Part shown: one piece after another, positions 8,511 through 21,404 of the stretch
How positions within the stretch are numbered: the stretch's first letter is position 1
How the letters are laid out: each line of letters opens with the position of its first letter
DNA from: Chiloscyllium plagiosum
Lineage: Eukaryota
Assembly (NCBI RefSeq): GCF_004010195.1
Contig: NW_025213803.1
Coordinates: 1 to 32,983 of the forward strand
Length of the DNA stretch: 32,983 nt
Reading direction: 5' to 3'
Program-made: the position numbers and the translations under genes
Notes under the pieces: generated by a model
Databases searched by the model: none
The model's input: the letters and a program-made list of their open reading frames with translations, nothing else
What the model was told of the DNA's origin: nothing

Positions 8511-10000
8511 ACCATATTTCTTGTGTTACCTGCATTTTTTAGTTAAGAAAGAAATAATTGTTCTATAATCAGTGATTGGTTCAATTTTTCTTCAATTCAT
8601 AAAGCTAGTTATTATATTTTATTCCACAATTTACCAATTTTAATAAATATCCAATCAACATCACAGCAAAGTGTTTTTGTAATATTGAATCATTTTAATT
8701 GCTCATATAACAACATTAATTATCAAGTCATTGTCATGGTAATAATTGTGCAATTATTTAAGAAAGTCTTTTAACAAGTAAAGTGAGATTCACATTTTAA
8801 TTTGACCAATTGTTTCTGAGTACCAACACTGCAATACGAAACTTTATTTTCAGGTCATGTTTCCCACACTGGATCCAAGGACTTCCCATCCAACATTAAT
8901 TGTAAATGTCTAATGTTTGCTGATCTGAATGATCTCCGTAATCACAGACTTTAAATTCACAGACCTGCAATTACTTTTCACTGCAATCATTCCTGTTTGT
9001 TTGCACATATTCCTCAGTCACATAGCAAAACGAGATTTCTCATTATTTCTAAATTCATTGATCGAATTTTATATTTCAGTTGTTGCTCATACCTAATAAT
9101 TACTCAATCCAGTTTTTACCGTAAATGTGGAATTACGGCTCTTTACATGAATAACTAAATATATTTTAGTGTACAATCTCTCAATCATTGTTAATATTAA
9201 TTCTTATTTTACCTGCGGAAACATAGTTGAATTCATTTAAATATATTTCACTTCGATGCAAACATTTATTTTATTTCTAATCACAATAAGATTTAAATAT
9301 TTTTCATGCAACAAAACGTAAAATTCTTGCGTTTTGTTAAGTCAAATGAAAAAGAATTAACAGCTCTGTATTGTCTTATTAAACAATGACAATGCATTTT
9401 GAATTTTTCGAAGTTGAGCATTTTTGCAAAGAATGATGTTGTCTTCAGCTGAATAATCGCATTGAATGACTAATTCACAGAATCTGCTGTTTATTCTCTT
9501 CGAGTTCCCAAGAAACCAAATTAACAAATTCTGCTGGGGTTCTAAATTCCTGGAAAGTATTTGAGAATGTTGCAGTCTTAAAGATGAAGAAGTCAATGTG
9601 ATTGTACTGATTTTTTTTATTGGAAAGAGCTTAATTCAAACATTTCAGGCACATAAATCACTATTCTGCTGTGTTACAAAGATGAAAAGCAAGTCCATTT
9701 CTTCATTAGTAAATAAACAAATGTCACTTCCCGTTATTCTTAGCTAATTCCCAAATTTGTAATTAAACAATGCAATTCACCTGAATATTGTTGTGTCCTT
9801 TGATCATATTAATTTTCTAATTATTGTTCATTCATGATATGTTAGGGATTTTTATTTTTTGTTTTCCATTCACCTATTCATATTGAATGTAAGATTGATA
9901 CGCTTTGGCAACATCAGAGAGTGTTCATTTGAAATTTGACTTTGCACGTCTCTCACTTATCTCACTTCTTGCATGGGGCTGTGCATTGAGAACAGAGGAT

Positions 10001-10300
10001 CAGTGGTTAGCACTCGTGTCTTACAGTGTTATGCACTTGGGTTTGATTCCATCCTCGGCCACATGTTTGCGTGGAGTTTGCATGTTCTGGTTTTCTCCCA
10101 CAATCCAAAGATATGCAGGTTAGGTAAATTGGCCATGCTAAGCTGCACGTTCTGTTCAGGGATGTGTAGGTTATGTGCATTAGTCAGGGGTAAATGTCCA
10201 GTAATCTGAGAGCAGAATGGTGCTGAGTAGATTATTCTTTGGAACGTCAGTGTAGACTTGTTGGGCCAAATGGCCTGTTTCCATACAGTAGGGATTCCAT
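10001..10300 (+). mobile_element. Older, diverged HE1-like SINE
   Basis: CAGTGGTTAGCACT..GGGTTTGATTCC..GTGGAGTTTGCATGTTCT..CCAAAGATATGCAGGTTAGG..TTGGGCCAAATGGCCTGTTTCC. Confidence 0.85.
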
Positions 10301-10810
10301 AAACTTTAAATTGTGTTTCGCTAAACATAACTGCCAATTTTTAAAAATGTTGCATTTAAAACTTATCTTTAACTGTCAATTGTCAATCTTGTAAAATATC
10401 TCAATGTTACTGAAATCAATGTTCAAACAAAACACTGCACATAAAGCCACACAAAGATCTTCATGACCATCTAATTACTGTTCAGTGGAATAATCACAGT
10501 AAAATTTTATTGTTTCTGAGATCAATCCCCACTATCACAGTAAAGATCTGGTTATCATTCCCTCCAATAAATGCAATCGTTGTCCCTCTGATATTTCAGT
10601 TCAGTAGTTATACACCACACTGGCTGTTCAAAGCATGGTTATTCTTTATTATGAAGGGCCAAGGGTTCTAACGGCAAGAGATGTTGTTCAATCTGATTTG
10701 TTGCATGTTCTCAAACAAGTTTTCACTATAAATATTGCAAAAAATGTGTTAATTTGGTCTTGTTCAACTGCTGATGCTAACATTTTCAGTTCATGTTCAT
10801 TAAGCATATT

Positions 10811-10975
10811 TGGAGAAAGTGAGGAAAGCTGTGGTGTTGGAAAAGGGCAGGCACATTCAAAGAGCAGGAGTATCGAAAAGATTCCTGATGAAGGGCTCAT
10901 TCCCAAAACGTCAATTCTGCTTCTCCTCGAATGCTGCCTGACCTGCTGTGCTTTTCCGGCACCTCACTCTTTTGA
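10811..10975. mobile_element. PLE-derived inverted terminal pair with decayed hammerhead core
   Basis: A minus-strand PLE end at 10811-10880 abuts plus-strand ATTC-CTGATGA-A-GGGCTCATTCCC-AAAACGTC (10881-10912), then GCTGCCTGACCTGCTGTGCTTTTCC. Confidence 0.75.
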
Positions 10976-11235
10976 CATTAGAAATATTTGAATGAATATT
11001 CAGAGATAATACTAAAAGTTGCCTCTGTCAATTTAATTTACTGTGCGTTCTATTCCCTGAAGTTCTCATGTTAATTGCCCCTCTTCTTAAATCTGATACA
11101 AATCTCAAAATACAGAACATATTAAAATTCACATGAATTATAAATTTGCATTCTCGACAAGAAAACCAATGGAAGGTGATATAGAATTCTTGAACAGCCT
11201 ACACATTTCAATGAAAAAGCAATTCCTTCTAAAAA

Positions 11236-11642
11236 ANNNNNNNNNNNNNNNNNNNNNNNNNNNNNNNNNNNNNNNNNNNNNNNNNNNNNNNNNNNNNNNN
11301 NNNNNNNNNNNNNNNNNNNNNNNNNNNNNNNNNNNNNNNNNNNNNNNNNNNNNNNNNNNNNNNNNNNNNNNNNNNNNNNNNNNNNNNNNNNNNNNNNNNN
11401 NNNNNNNNNNNNNNNNNNNNNNNNNNNNNNNNNNNNNNNNNNNNNNNNNNNNNNNNNNNNNNNNNNNNNNNNNNNNNNNNNNNNNNNNNNNNNNNNNNNN
11501 NNNNNNNNNNNNNNNNNNNNNNNNNNNNNNNNNNNNNNNNNNNNNNNNNNNNNNNNNNNNNNNNNNNNNNNNNNNNNNNNNNNNNNNNNNNNNNNNNNNN
11601 NNNNNNNNNNNNNNNNNNNNNNNNNNNNNNNNNNNNNNNNNN
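11236..11642. other. Assembly gap
   Basis: Run of N. Confidence 1.
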
Positions 11643-12254
11643 GGCAGGACTGCAATATTGTGTTTCATGTAGTTTCTCAAATGAAGAATAATCAGTTGTT
11701 TATTGTAGTAATTTGAATGGGAATTAATTAGGTAGTTTCTGTGTGTAATGGACTGGAAATTAAACAATATTTTACAATAACAATAGAATAAAGGAATGGT
11801 GGTCTTAAATAAACAGGAATCTCATGACAATTCTTTGAAAGACAAATTGACAAAACTGCGTGATCATTGTACTTTGATTTTAAAAAAGCATCAGTCATTC
11901 AATGTGAATATTCAGCTGAAGACAATTTCCGTCCATTTCAAGAATGTACATCTTCCACAAATACAAACTGAACAGTCATTGAAAAAGGAAGGAACAAACA
12001 GATTTAATTCTATTTTCTGTACATAAACGTGCGATGAATTTTAAGTAAGTTATATATATGTAAAAAGGAAACTCTTATTGTGGTTCGAAATACAATAAAT
12101 GTAGCATGAAGTGAACTATAATCAAATCAATTCTACTGTGTTCTCTCAGTTAAAATACAGTTCAATATTCAAAGCAATCGAGTGATTGTACACTGCAATA
12201 TCTTTACATTAATTCAGTGCTGAGACATAATTCCACATTTATACCCCTTTTAGT

Positions 12255-12906
12255 GAAGCAACTTGTGCCAGAGTCAGAGCAGGTAGGGGAGCTCCTTAAT
12301 GAGTACTTGGCTTCAGTATTCACGAGTGAGTGGGACCTTGTTCCTTGTGAGGACAACATGAAACAGGCTGATATGGTCAAACAGATTGATGTTAAGACGG
12401 AGATTGTGCTGATCATGTTGAAATACCATGGGGATAGATAAGTCTCCTCGGCCAGAAAGGATATAACTTAGGTTGTTATGGGAAGCGAGGGAAGGGATTA
12501 CTGTGTTTTGGCGATGATCTTTGCATCTTCACTGTCCGCTGGAGTCATACCAGATGATTGGACGGTGGCAAACGTTGTTCCCTTATTCAAGAAAGGCAAT
12601 CAAGATAATCCTAGGGATCATCGATGAGTCAGTCTTACATCAGTTGTGGGCAAATTATTGGAGAGGATTCAGAGAGACAGGATTTATAATTATTTGGAAA
12701 AACGTAGATTGATTAGAGATGGTTAGCATGGCTTTGTGAGCGGCAGGTTATGCCTCAGAAACCTTATTGAATTATTTGAGACAAATTATGTGACAAACAC
12801 ATTGGTGAGGACAGAGCAGTGGATGTGACGTATATGGATTTTAGCAATGTGTGTGGTAAGGTTTCCCATGGAAGGCTTATTCAGAAATGAGGCACGGGAT
12901 ACAGGG
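12255..12906 (+). mobile_element. CR1 LINE ORF2 RT fragment, decayed
   Basis: LLNEYLASVFT..DKSPRP..IPDDWTVANVVPLFKKGNQDNP..VSLTSVVGKLLE..HGFVSGRLCL..YMDFS. Confidence 0.9.
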
Positions 12907-13044
12907 TTATGCTCATAACATGATTCAATGTTGAGACATTTGTGTTATAGACTGCAAGGGGATGAGTGAGAGAGAAATAAATTAAAAAAAAAGCAGAAAG
13001 GAAAGGAACTAGTGAGCAGAGGAGCTCCAACTAGTTTCTCATCC

Positions 13045-13185
13045 CGCCAACATCATTTTGGGTGAGCTGGAACGCAGACTAGTCAAGCAACGGCCTGACA
13101 CAGTTACACACGTATAATCATACCTTACAATGTCCCAGACACCACCATGACCATCCTTGTATATCCTATCCCACCAGAAGGACAT
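13045..13185 (+). mobile_element. LINE (CR1/L2 group) APE endonuclease N-terminal remnant
   Basis: LGELERRLVKQRPDTV..SYLT..PDTTMTI..ILSHQKD resembles the start of an APE domain; recognised from memory of the family. Confidence 0.55.
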
Positions 13186-13884
13186 GGATGTAACGGAAAT
13201 GCTGGAACATGCAGGGCTATGGACTAAGGTCTGAAGAATGGGATCAATGTGATTTATTTGACATTTCTCCAGAATATTAAACTCCATTCCAATTTGAAAA
13301 TTTATTAACATCATCAGACTTGAAGTCCAAATGTCAGGAAAAAAATCAGAAACTTACAGCACATGTCGAGGTCACTTGGCCCATCCTGTATGTGTTGCTT
13401 GTAATAGAACTACCTAGGCTTTACAACGTTCTGTACTCACCGATGAAAGCAACAATTTCAGACTGTGTACTCTGCCCTCTATATTGTTATAATCTGTTTT
13501 TATAATGTATTTCTTTGTCAGCTGCACACCTTGTTTCCTGGTTTCTTTCCCAGCCCTAACTCCATTCCCCTTGGCCTTGAGGGACTACCATTTCTGTTAT
13601 TTAATCTCTCCTACCTTCCCCCGTGTGACAGACTGTCTTTTTGTCCTTGTCTCACCCCTACCTTGCTCACAACCTGTTCCATTTCTGATGGTTCCCAGAC
13701 CTCTGTGGCTTCACTGCGCCCCCTAGGTCAGTGGCGTGAGTTTTGAATTCTCTTTCTCCAGAAATAATTGGAAATCTTTCTGGCTGCAGTTTCCCCCAGA
13801 TTTTATTTTAAAACACAGAGCATTTGTGTCAGGAGGAGGCCATTCATCCACAATTCCGAGCATTTGGATGTAATCTGTGACCTG

Positions 13885-14061
13885 TCCACAGATGTGCAGC
13901 TTCACTGGATTGATCATGTTAACATAGCCTGTAGTGTGCAGGTTTTGTGTGTTGGGTTAGCCATGATAAATGTGGGGTTATGGGGGTAGGGTGGGAGAGC
14001 AGTTCATTGTAGGCTCGATGGGCCAAATAGCCTCTTTCTGCCCCTACGGGATTCTGTGATT
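13885..14061 (+). mobile_element. 3' half of a diverged HE1-like SINE
   Basis: TCCACAGATGTGCAG..GGATTGATCATG..TTAGCCATGATAAATG..CTCGATGGGCCAAATAGCCTCTTTCTG..GGGATTCTGTGATT. Confidence 0.7.
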
Positions 14062-14478
14062 GTAACTAGTTGTGATTGTCGTCACATTTTCCTCAGCCAG
14101 GTTCATTCAGCTCAGGTACACACGCTGTCTTGGTGTTTCTGTGGGTGCTCACTCACTCCTTTCCTTCAGTTTTACAGCAATTTCACATGGTACGTGAGAG
14201 TGAGAATGAATTTGTAAACACAAATACTCCAACCAGACCCCCTCACAGGTCAGGAGCTGTTTCTGCTGCTAATGTCGCTTAAGGTTCAGTCATACATCTT
14301 ACAAGGTTACAATCAACAGGAATGGCTAAACAGCTTAAAACTCTTTTCTCAAGAAAAGAGGAAGCTGAGAGACAACCTGATACAAGCAGGAAGCTTTGTG
14401 CCTGTGTTTTCAGAGAGTTGAAGTTGAAATAATTAATTTCGAAGCATGTTTCATTGCCCCAGAACATCAAAGGTGCTA

Positions 14479-15251
14479 NNNNNNNNNNNNNNNNNNNNNN
14501 NNNNNNNNNNNNNNNNNNNNNNNNNNNNNNNNNNNNNNNNNNNNNNNNNNNNNNNNNNNNNNNNNNNNNNNNNNNNNNNNNNNNNNNNNNNNNNNNNNNN
14601 NNNNNNNNNNNNNNNNNNNNNNNNNNNNNNNNNNNNNNNNNNNNNNNNNNNNNNNNNNNNNNNNNNNNNNNNNNNNNNNNNNNNNNNNNNNNNNNNNNNN
14701 NNNNNNNNNNNNNNNNNNNNNNNNNNNNNNNNNNNNNNNNNNNNNNNNNNNNNNNNNNNNNNNNNNNNNNNNNNNNNNNNNNNNNNNNNNNNNNNNNNNN
14801 NNNNNNNNNNNNNNNNNNNNNNNNNNNNNNNNNNNNNNNNNNNNNNNNNNNNNNNNNNNNNNNNNNNNNNNNNNNNNNNNNNNNNNNNNNNNNNNNNNNN
14901 NNNNNNNNNNNNNNNNNNNNNNNNNNNNNNNNNNNNNNNNNNNNNNNNNNNNNNNNNNNNNNNNNNNNNNNNNNNNNNNNNNNNNNNNNNNNNNNNNNNN
15001 NNNNNNNNNNNNNNNNNNNNNNNNNNNNNNNNNNNNNNNNNNNNNNNNNNNNNNNNNNNNNNNNNNNNNNNNNNNNNNNNNNNNNNNNNNNNNNNNNNNN
15101 NNNNNNNNNNNNNNNNNNNNNNNNNNNNNNNNNNNNNNNNNNNNNNNNNNNNNNNNNNNNNNNNNNNNNNNNNNNNNNNNNNNNNNNNNNNNNNNNNNNN
15201 NNNNNNNNNNNNNNNNNNNNNNNNNNNNNNNNNNNNNNNNNNNNNNNNNNN
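14479..15251. other. Assembly gap
   Basis: Run of N. Confidence 1.
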
Positions 15252-15571
15252 AGATTGTCAATAGCAACTGAGAAAACAGGATGATGTGCTCAATCAGACT
15301 AAAACCCATTTTGTTTTTTCACTTTTAATTCAAAAGCAAACATTATTCATTATCATTTCAGAAATAATAGGCCAGAAATCAACTCTTCATGTCATTGGGT
15401 CTTGGAAACTGTGTTAATTCTGACCTGGTCCAGCCGACATGTGAATCCAGACCCTGAATAATGGGGTTGACTCTAAACCGTCTTCTAGGCAGTTAGAATG
15501 GATGACAAATGCTGCCCCAGCAAGTGATGCTGTGATCCCATGAACAAACAAAATAAATCCAATTGCTGTGG

Positions 15572-15745
15572 TTACTTGTGAACTCGCTGGTGTTTCATCA
15601 AGCTGGATAGCTGAGTGAATTGCTTTCCACACTCAGAGCAGGAGAATGGCCTCTCCCCAGTGTGTATTCGCTGGAGTACAGTGAGGCTGGATGGTGTTCT
15701 GAACCCAGTCCACAGTGAGAGCACCTGAATGGTCTCTCACTGGTC
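15572..15745 (-). pseudogene. C2H2 zinc-finger gene remnant (last two fingers and stop)
   Basis: [12 protein letters not shown](frameshift)[47 protein letters not shown] at 15574-15572. The upstream part is replaced by an old LINE fragment. Confidence 0.88.
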
Positions 15746-15789
15746 TCCTGTGACCGGGGGAGATGATATTCACCATCCTGGGGGATGGT

Positions 15790-16140
15790 GGGTACAGATA
15801 CCTCCAAGAGGGATCCAGTGAGAGTTGATTGGGACAAACTGTTCACATTCATGAAAGAATCAATAATGATGAGGCACTGATGTAAAGGGATTGACAAAGG
15901 AAGCAATGGGACATGGGACAAAACGTTTTCATGCAGAGGAAGTTTATGGTCAGGAATGCACTGCCAAAGAGTGCAGTGGAACCAGGTACAATGAAGAGAA
16001 TAGAATTGAACAGTTACTGGAAGAGGGCGAATGGGAAGATTTATGGGGTAAAAGTAGAAGAATGGCATTCAGTGAGGTGATCCTTTGGAGAGCCGATGAG
16101 CCAATCAGCTTCCTTTTGCATCGTAACAATTCTGTGAACA
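15790..16140 (+). mobile_element. Old CR1 3' fragment
   Basis: Decayed match to the CR1 C-terminus (..GGTCAGGAATGCACTGCC..GTGGAACCAGGTACAAT..) and a 3' UTR ending GATGAGCCAATCAGCTTCCTTTTG..ATTCTGTG. Confidence 0.6.
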
Positions 16141-17067
16141 TTTCATTCTGAGCCCTCTAAGGCCCTCTAGGGAAATATCAGGGCAATGTTTGGAAAGACG
16201 TCAAACTGAATGAGAGTCTCAGTGAACAAAAGCGAGGCACAGATACAGAGAGGTTTTAGGATAGATTGACTCAAATGTTACCAATTTGCACGGCCACCAA
16301 CAATACAGCAGTTACAAATGGGAGTCAACAAGAGAGTGGAATTAGAGCAGCAAATAAATCTTAAACATTTATGCAGCTAAAGGGGATACTGGGTAAAGAT
16401 ACCGCAGTTGGTGCTTATTTCATTCCAGACACACCAGCCAGGGAGCACATCGTCCTATATCTATCCTATTGGGCTCTTGAAGAATTTTGTTCATTTCAAG
16501 TGTTTCATATTTCCGACCTCCAGAGAAGACAGCTTCATGCTCCTCAATCTCTCCTGACAGGGCAAAGGTGCTGTTAGAATTCAAATCACTGAGGCGTGTC
16601 ACTGACTGCTTCAAGGATTGCAATTGGCAATTGAGACTGTAAGGTTACTGTATAAAATATCTTCAATTGTATTGGCAGATTGCTGGACACATGCGGGGCT
16701 TTAAGAAAAAGAACTTAACTTACAGGTATTGAGTGTCAGAGCACCTACTGTTGCATGGGCATCCTGTTTAGATACAATCTATTGATAATTGTTAGAATTG
16801 ACTTATACTGACTCCATAGACGTGGTCAGAACATTATAACGGTCATCGAAGCTAACACATTTCCCATAGGTTAAGAGTCGCAAATGATAGCGTAGGAACA
16901 AGTTTGGCTAGTAAAGTCCAGTTATCCAAATCATTCAAATTTACTTTCAGAAACAAGTGAGAGAAAGCCACATTATTGCATTAGTCCAAATATAGAATTT
17001 CAGGAGAACTGAAGGAAGAGCTGGTGTTGGGAGCTGTAGTAATGAAGGAGATAAACTTGTTTTACAG

Positions 17068-17800
17068 AGAGAGAGTTCACAGATGGGAAACTCAGCTTTA
17101 ACATCACATTTAACACACCCAATTCCGCAGGTCCTGAACATCATACATAACATGGAAGGGGAAAGCAGCATTTCCAGCCCAGAGAAACCATTCGTGTTGT
17201 GCATGTGGTTAAGGATTTAACTGGTCATGTGATCTAGGAAGACACCATTCTGACGGAACCAGGGTGAGGGTATGTAAACGTGGGGACTGTGGGAAGGAAT
17301 TCACTTACCTCTCCCAGCAGGACACTCACTGACACAGTCACACTGGGGAGAGGTTGGTCACCTACTCCATGTATGGGAAGGGATTTACTCGCACTTTCAA
17401 ACTGATGAGGCACCAGAGAGTGCATAGATGACTGAGATCTGCTCTGTATGAGAGAAAGGATTCATTCAAATCTTTCTCCTGCAGAGACACCAGTGCATTC
17501 CCATGGGGCAGAGGCGATTCACCTGCTCCATATGCGGGAAAGGATTCACTCAGTCTTCTGATCTGCTGAGACTCCAGCGAGCCCACACAGGGGAGAAGCC
17601 ATTCAGATGCTCAGTGTGGGAGAAGGGATTCAGTGATTTATCCCGCCTGCTGAGACACCAGCAGGTTCACACTGGGTAGGAGCTGTTTCCCTCTCTGTGT
17701 GACAAGGGATTTGCTGAGTCTTCAACACGACTGAGAGCCCAGTGAATGCACACAGGGAAGTGGTCATCCACCTGCTCCGTGTGGGGTAGAGTTCACATAT
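17068..17800 (+). pseudogene. Tandem C2H2 zinc-finger pseudogene (about 7-8 decayed fingers) with splice acceptor and leader
   Basis: Acceptor TTGTTTTACAG (AG 17066-17067); ATG at 17152. [115 protein letters not shown]. Multiple stops and lost Cys/His residues. Confidence 0.93.
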
Positions 17801-18036
17801 CACTGCAGGACTCTGATTCTGATGTTACTGTTCATCAGAATTAGGGCTGGACCTTGTTCATGATGACACTGTTGGAGTATTGATGTTGTTGTTGTTAATC
17901 ACATTAACTGGGCTGGTGTTGACTGAATTTATATTGCCACTTTCTGAACCTCAGGGTGTCTCTCTGGGCACAAGACTCCACAAAAAGCAATGTGACAATG
18001 AGCAGGGATCGTCTCTTTTGACTTAAATTCTGATTG

Positions 18037-18365
18037 TAGCACTGCTGCTTCACAGCACCAGGTATAAGGTTAGAGTCCAGCCTTGGTCAACGGCCTGTGT
18101 GGAGTTCCCACATTCTCCCCATGATAGTGTGTGTCCTCTCCAGGTGCTCTGGTTTTCTCGCACAGTCTTAAGATGTGCAGGTTAGGTGGATCAGTCGTGC
18201 TAAATTGCCCACAGTGACCAGGAATGTACAGACTAGGTAGATCAGCCATGGGAAATTCAGTATTACAGGGATGGAGTGCTCTGGGCGTGATGTTCTTCAG
18301 ATGGTCGGTGGGGTTTGATGGGCCAATGCTCTCCTTCCACACTGTTGGGATTCTATTCTATGATT
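18037..18365 (+). mobile_element. Diverged HE1-like SINE
   Basis: TAGCACTGCTGCTTCACAGCACCAGG..CTGTGTGGAGTT..CACATTCTCCCC..AAGATGTGCAGGTTAGGTGGAT..GATGGGCCAATG..GGGATTCTATTCTATG. Confidence 0.85.
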
Positions 18366-20145
18366 GAGGATAAAGGCTTCACAGCAGGGTGTCCTTGGAG
18401 AAGGAGCATGTGGTGTGTATCAATGCTCTCGATGCCTTTAGATAGAGGTGGGCACCGCAGGGGATACAGTGCTTTATCTCCACCGCTGCCCCCTCCTCCC
18501 CCCCAACTCTACTTTGATTTAGTCCCTTCTCACTCTGTCACTTGTAATGGTTTGCTTGGCGCGGAATGGGCTTTGTTTATAAATATTCAATTGGTAACAC
18601 AAATGGTTTACTGCTGGTGATTATAGGTTAACAAAAAGAAAAATGATGTAATGATGATTTTGATGGTGCGAAGGTTGCTGTGATAACACTTCTGGGTAGG
18701 AGAAATGGGGAATAAAGAACACTCCACAGCTCACAGAATGAGAACTGAAAAGCAGTTAAATCAAACCAAAGGTTCAGACAGGGAGGGAATATTTCCCTGG
18801 AGTTTGAGTAACTGGAAAGTGATGGTGTCCGGGAAGAGACAGGATTTTGTTCTAAAGTGCATTTGAAATTTTAAAAACTGTTATATTCAGATATTTTCAA
18901 TTCTTTTACATTTATTTATTGTGGAATAAACTTTAACACAAGCAAATTTTTTTTTTAAAATGTAAAAGACAAATTGTTAAATAAAATCCATCAAACCATC
19001 CCTCACTGAAAACTGATGTGGACATGCAATCTCCTGGAGAATCCCTGCCATGCCTACTTCTTCCTACCCAGGCTCCATGGCTATATATGTACTTGGAAGA
19101 TAGCAGCAGGAGGTGGCCATTCGATTGTGCTCCACAATTCAATGGGAAACAGCTGACCATCCAGCTCAGTCTCCTGTTCCTGCTGTGCTCCAATCCCCTT
19201 TGATGACTTTACCTCGAAGAACTATATCTAAGTCCTCCTTTGGCTTCACTGCCTTTTGTTCTAGTGATGTTGCGGTGTTACTGTGTGGGTGTAGGCAGGG
19301 GTAATGTGATGGTGCTGCCTCCTGGAGGATGCACTCAGCATCCATCATCATCCTGCAGTAACATCAACCGGGTTTCAGCAACTAGAGATAGAAACCATTT
19401 CCAGGATATGGGCATCACTGGCTCAGCCAGCATTTATTCCCCATCTCTAGGTACCCTTAAGAAGATGGTAGTGAGCTGCCGTCTTGAACCAATCGCATCC
19501 ATTTGGCGCAGATAGACCGACAATGCTGGGAGGTAGAGTGTTGCAGGATTTTGGCCGAGTAATTCCCCATCTTTGGTTTGTCAAATTCTGGATAGCTCAA
19601 TCACGATTGGCACATGATTTTGAGATTTCAGTCTGCAAATCTTCACCATCTAGCACCCTATATAAATGAATAGGTACAGATTAGAAATTCAGAACAGACA
19701 ATTCTAGTTTCTCTGGAATATTTTTCCCCTTTGTTCCTCCAAAGCTGTAACCCTCCAGCCCACTTACTCTCTCCCATCATTCTGACTCTGCTGCCCCTAA
19801 TGTAAACCCTCCCCATTCTCATGGAGTTGTTGATAAACAGATCCATGCCACCACTTCCCGTCCCTGGTTAGACTCTGCACCCTTTCTGGGTTCAATTCCT
19901 TTCCCTTCAGTTGCTGCAAGTCAATAATGTAACAGCAGAATGAAACAAAAGGAAACAGAAAGGGAGGTGGCAGATTCTGGACAGAAGAGGAACCTTCAGT
20001 CTAGGAGAATGGGTCAGATCCTTCCTTGTTTCCCATTGGTCGATTCCCAGTGTTATGACAAGTTGGGAATGGAACTTGGTCCCATGTGGGTGTGCTGACA
20101 CTTTGACTCCCCCAACAGATCAACAAGCAGATGAATTTCTTCGCC

Positions 20146-20290
20146 AGCCAATCAAAGTGTGAAATGCTTTCCGCTAGTTACCCCAAAGCACATGCTCCAA
20201 AACACGCCCATATTCTGTACATGTACAGTGCTGGGTTTCCCCACACACGTGTGGTCCCTGCCTCAAGGATTGTGGGAGTTGTAGTCCCCA
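20146..20290. promoter_or_regulatory. Promoter-like motif cluster (NF-Y, Sp/KLF, E-box, ZNF143/M4)
   Basis: AGCCAATCA at 20146-20154; ACACGCCCA at 20202-20210; palindromic CACACGTGTG at 20244-20253; minus-strand GGACTACAACTCCCACAATCC at 20287-20267 matches the ACTACAnnTCCCA motif. Confidence 0.55.
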
Positions 20291-20504
20291 TGAAGCCTCT
20301 GGAGACCTGTCTCTGAAAAGTGAAAGAAAGTGTGGGGTGGAGGGTGTTTTGTATCGGATCACCATTCAGATACACAGGATATGTGGGCTGTGACTGGGTT
20401 TTACTGAGACATCCGCTTAGACAACCCGATTTCTGACGTAAGAAATACAAATTCAGCCAATTGCGTGGTGGGGAGGTTAATAAAGGGCAGCAGATTTCAA
20501 GCAG

Positions 20505-20837
20505 AGGTGTCTCAGTGGCTAGCACTGCTGCCTCACAGCTTCAGGGACCCGGGTTTGATTCCAGCCTTAGGCAACTGTGTGGAGTTTACACATTCTCCCC
20601 ATGTCTGCGTGGTTTTGTTCGGTGCTCCAGTTTCCTCCCACAGTCCAAAGATGTGCAGGTGAGGTGGATTAGTCATGCCAAATTGCCCACTGGGTCCATG
20701 CATGAGCCGGTTAGGCAATTAACAATGGGAAATGCAGGGTTACAGGGAATGGATGGGTCTAAATGGGATGCTCTTCATAGGGTGTGGACTCGATGGGTGA
20801 ATACCCTTTTTCTGTACTATAGGGACTATTCTATTCT
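20505..20837 (+). mobile_element. Diverged HE1-like SINE
   Basis: CAGTGGCTAGCACTGCTGCCTCACAGC..GGGTTTGATTCC..V core..tail CTATTCTATTCT. Confidence 0.88.
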
Positions 20838-20859
20838 CATGAAGAAGAAGGTACCTATC

Positions 20860-21095
20860 TCGATGTGTTTGAATCTGTGGAATTCGCTATTCAAAATGCG
20901 GTGGATGCCAGGACATGAGAGCAAATTTAATGAAGAGATACAGATTTTTAATTTGCAATGAGTTGAAGGGTGAGAGAGAACAGGCGGGAAAATCCAGCTG
21001 AGACCGAGGTGAGCTCAATCCTCATGGTATTAAATGGTGGAGCTGGTTTGAAGAGCTGCATTGCCTCTCCTGTGCCCAGTGCTTATCTTCTTACG
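20860..21095 (+). mobile_element. Old CR1 3' fragment
   Basis: GAATCTGTGGAATTCGCTA..GCGGTGGATGC..GAGATACAGATTTTTAAT..ATTAAATGGTGGAGCTGGTTTGAAG..CCTCTCCTGTGCCC, a CR1 C-terminus and 3' UTR pattern. Confidence 0.65.
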
Positions 21096-21404
21096 GTAAT
21101 GACTGGAAAGCTGAATCCAAAACTCACCACCTTCACCAAAGATTTTCGGAAAAAGCAGGATAGTTAGGTGGATTAGCGTTCCAAACTTAGATAGTGAGGA
21201 AGCATGTAGGAGATAATAATTTTGCAATTTTAAACTGAGGGGAGACAGTGATTTATGGTTTTAGATTGTATAGGATATTCACAGCGTCCAGAATACTCCG
21301 TTGTGAATATTTATCCTGTACTTTATTACAAAGCCAAGGTCTCTGACAATGAAACCCAAAACACCCAGGAAACTTCGCCTCACCTCGTAATCTGATAAAA
21401 GACT

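Noticed and set aside
19166..20101. Short non-repeat ORFs as host exons
   Set aside because: No recognisable domain and no convincing pair of splice sites; cannot be supported without transcript data.
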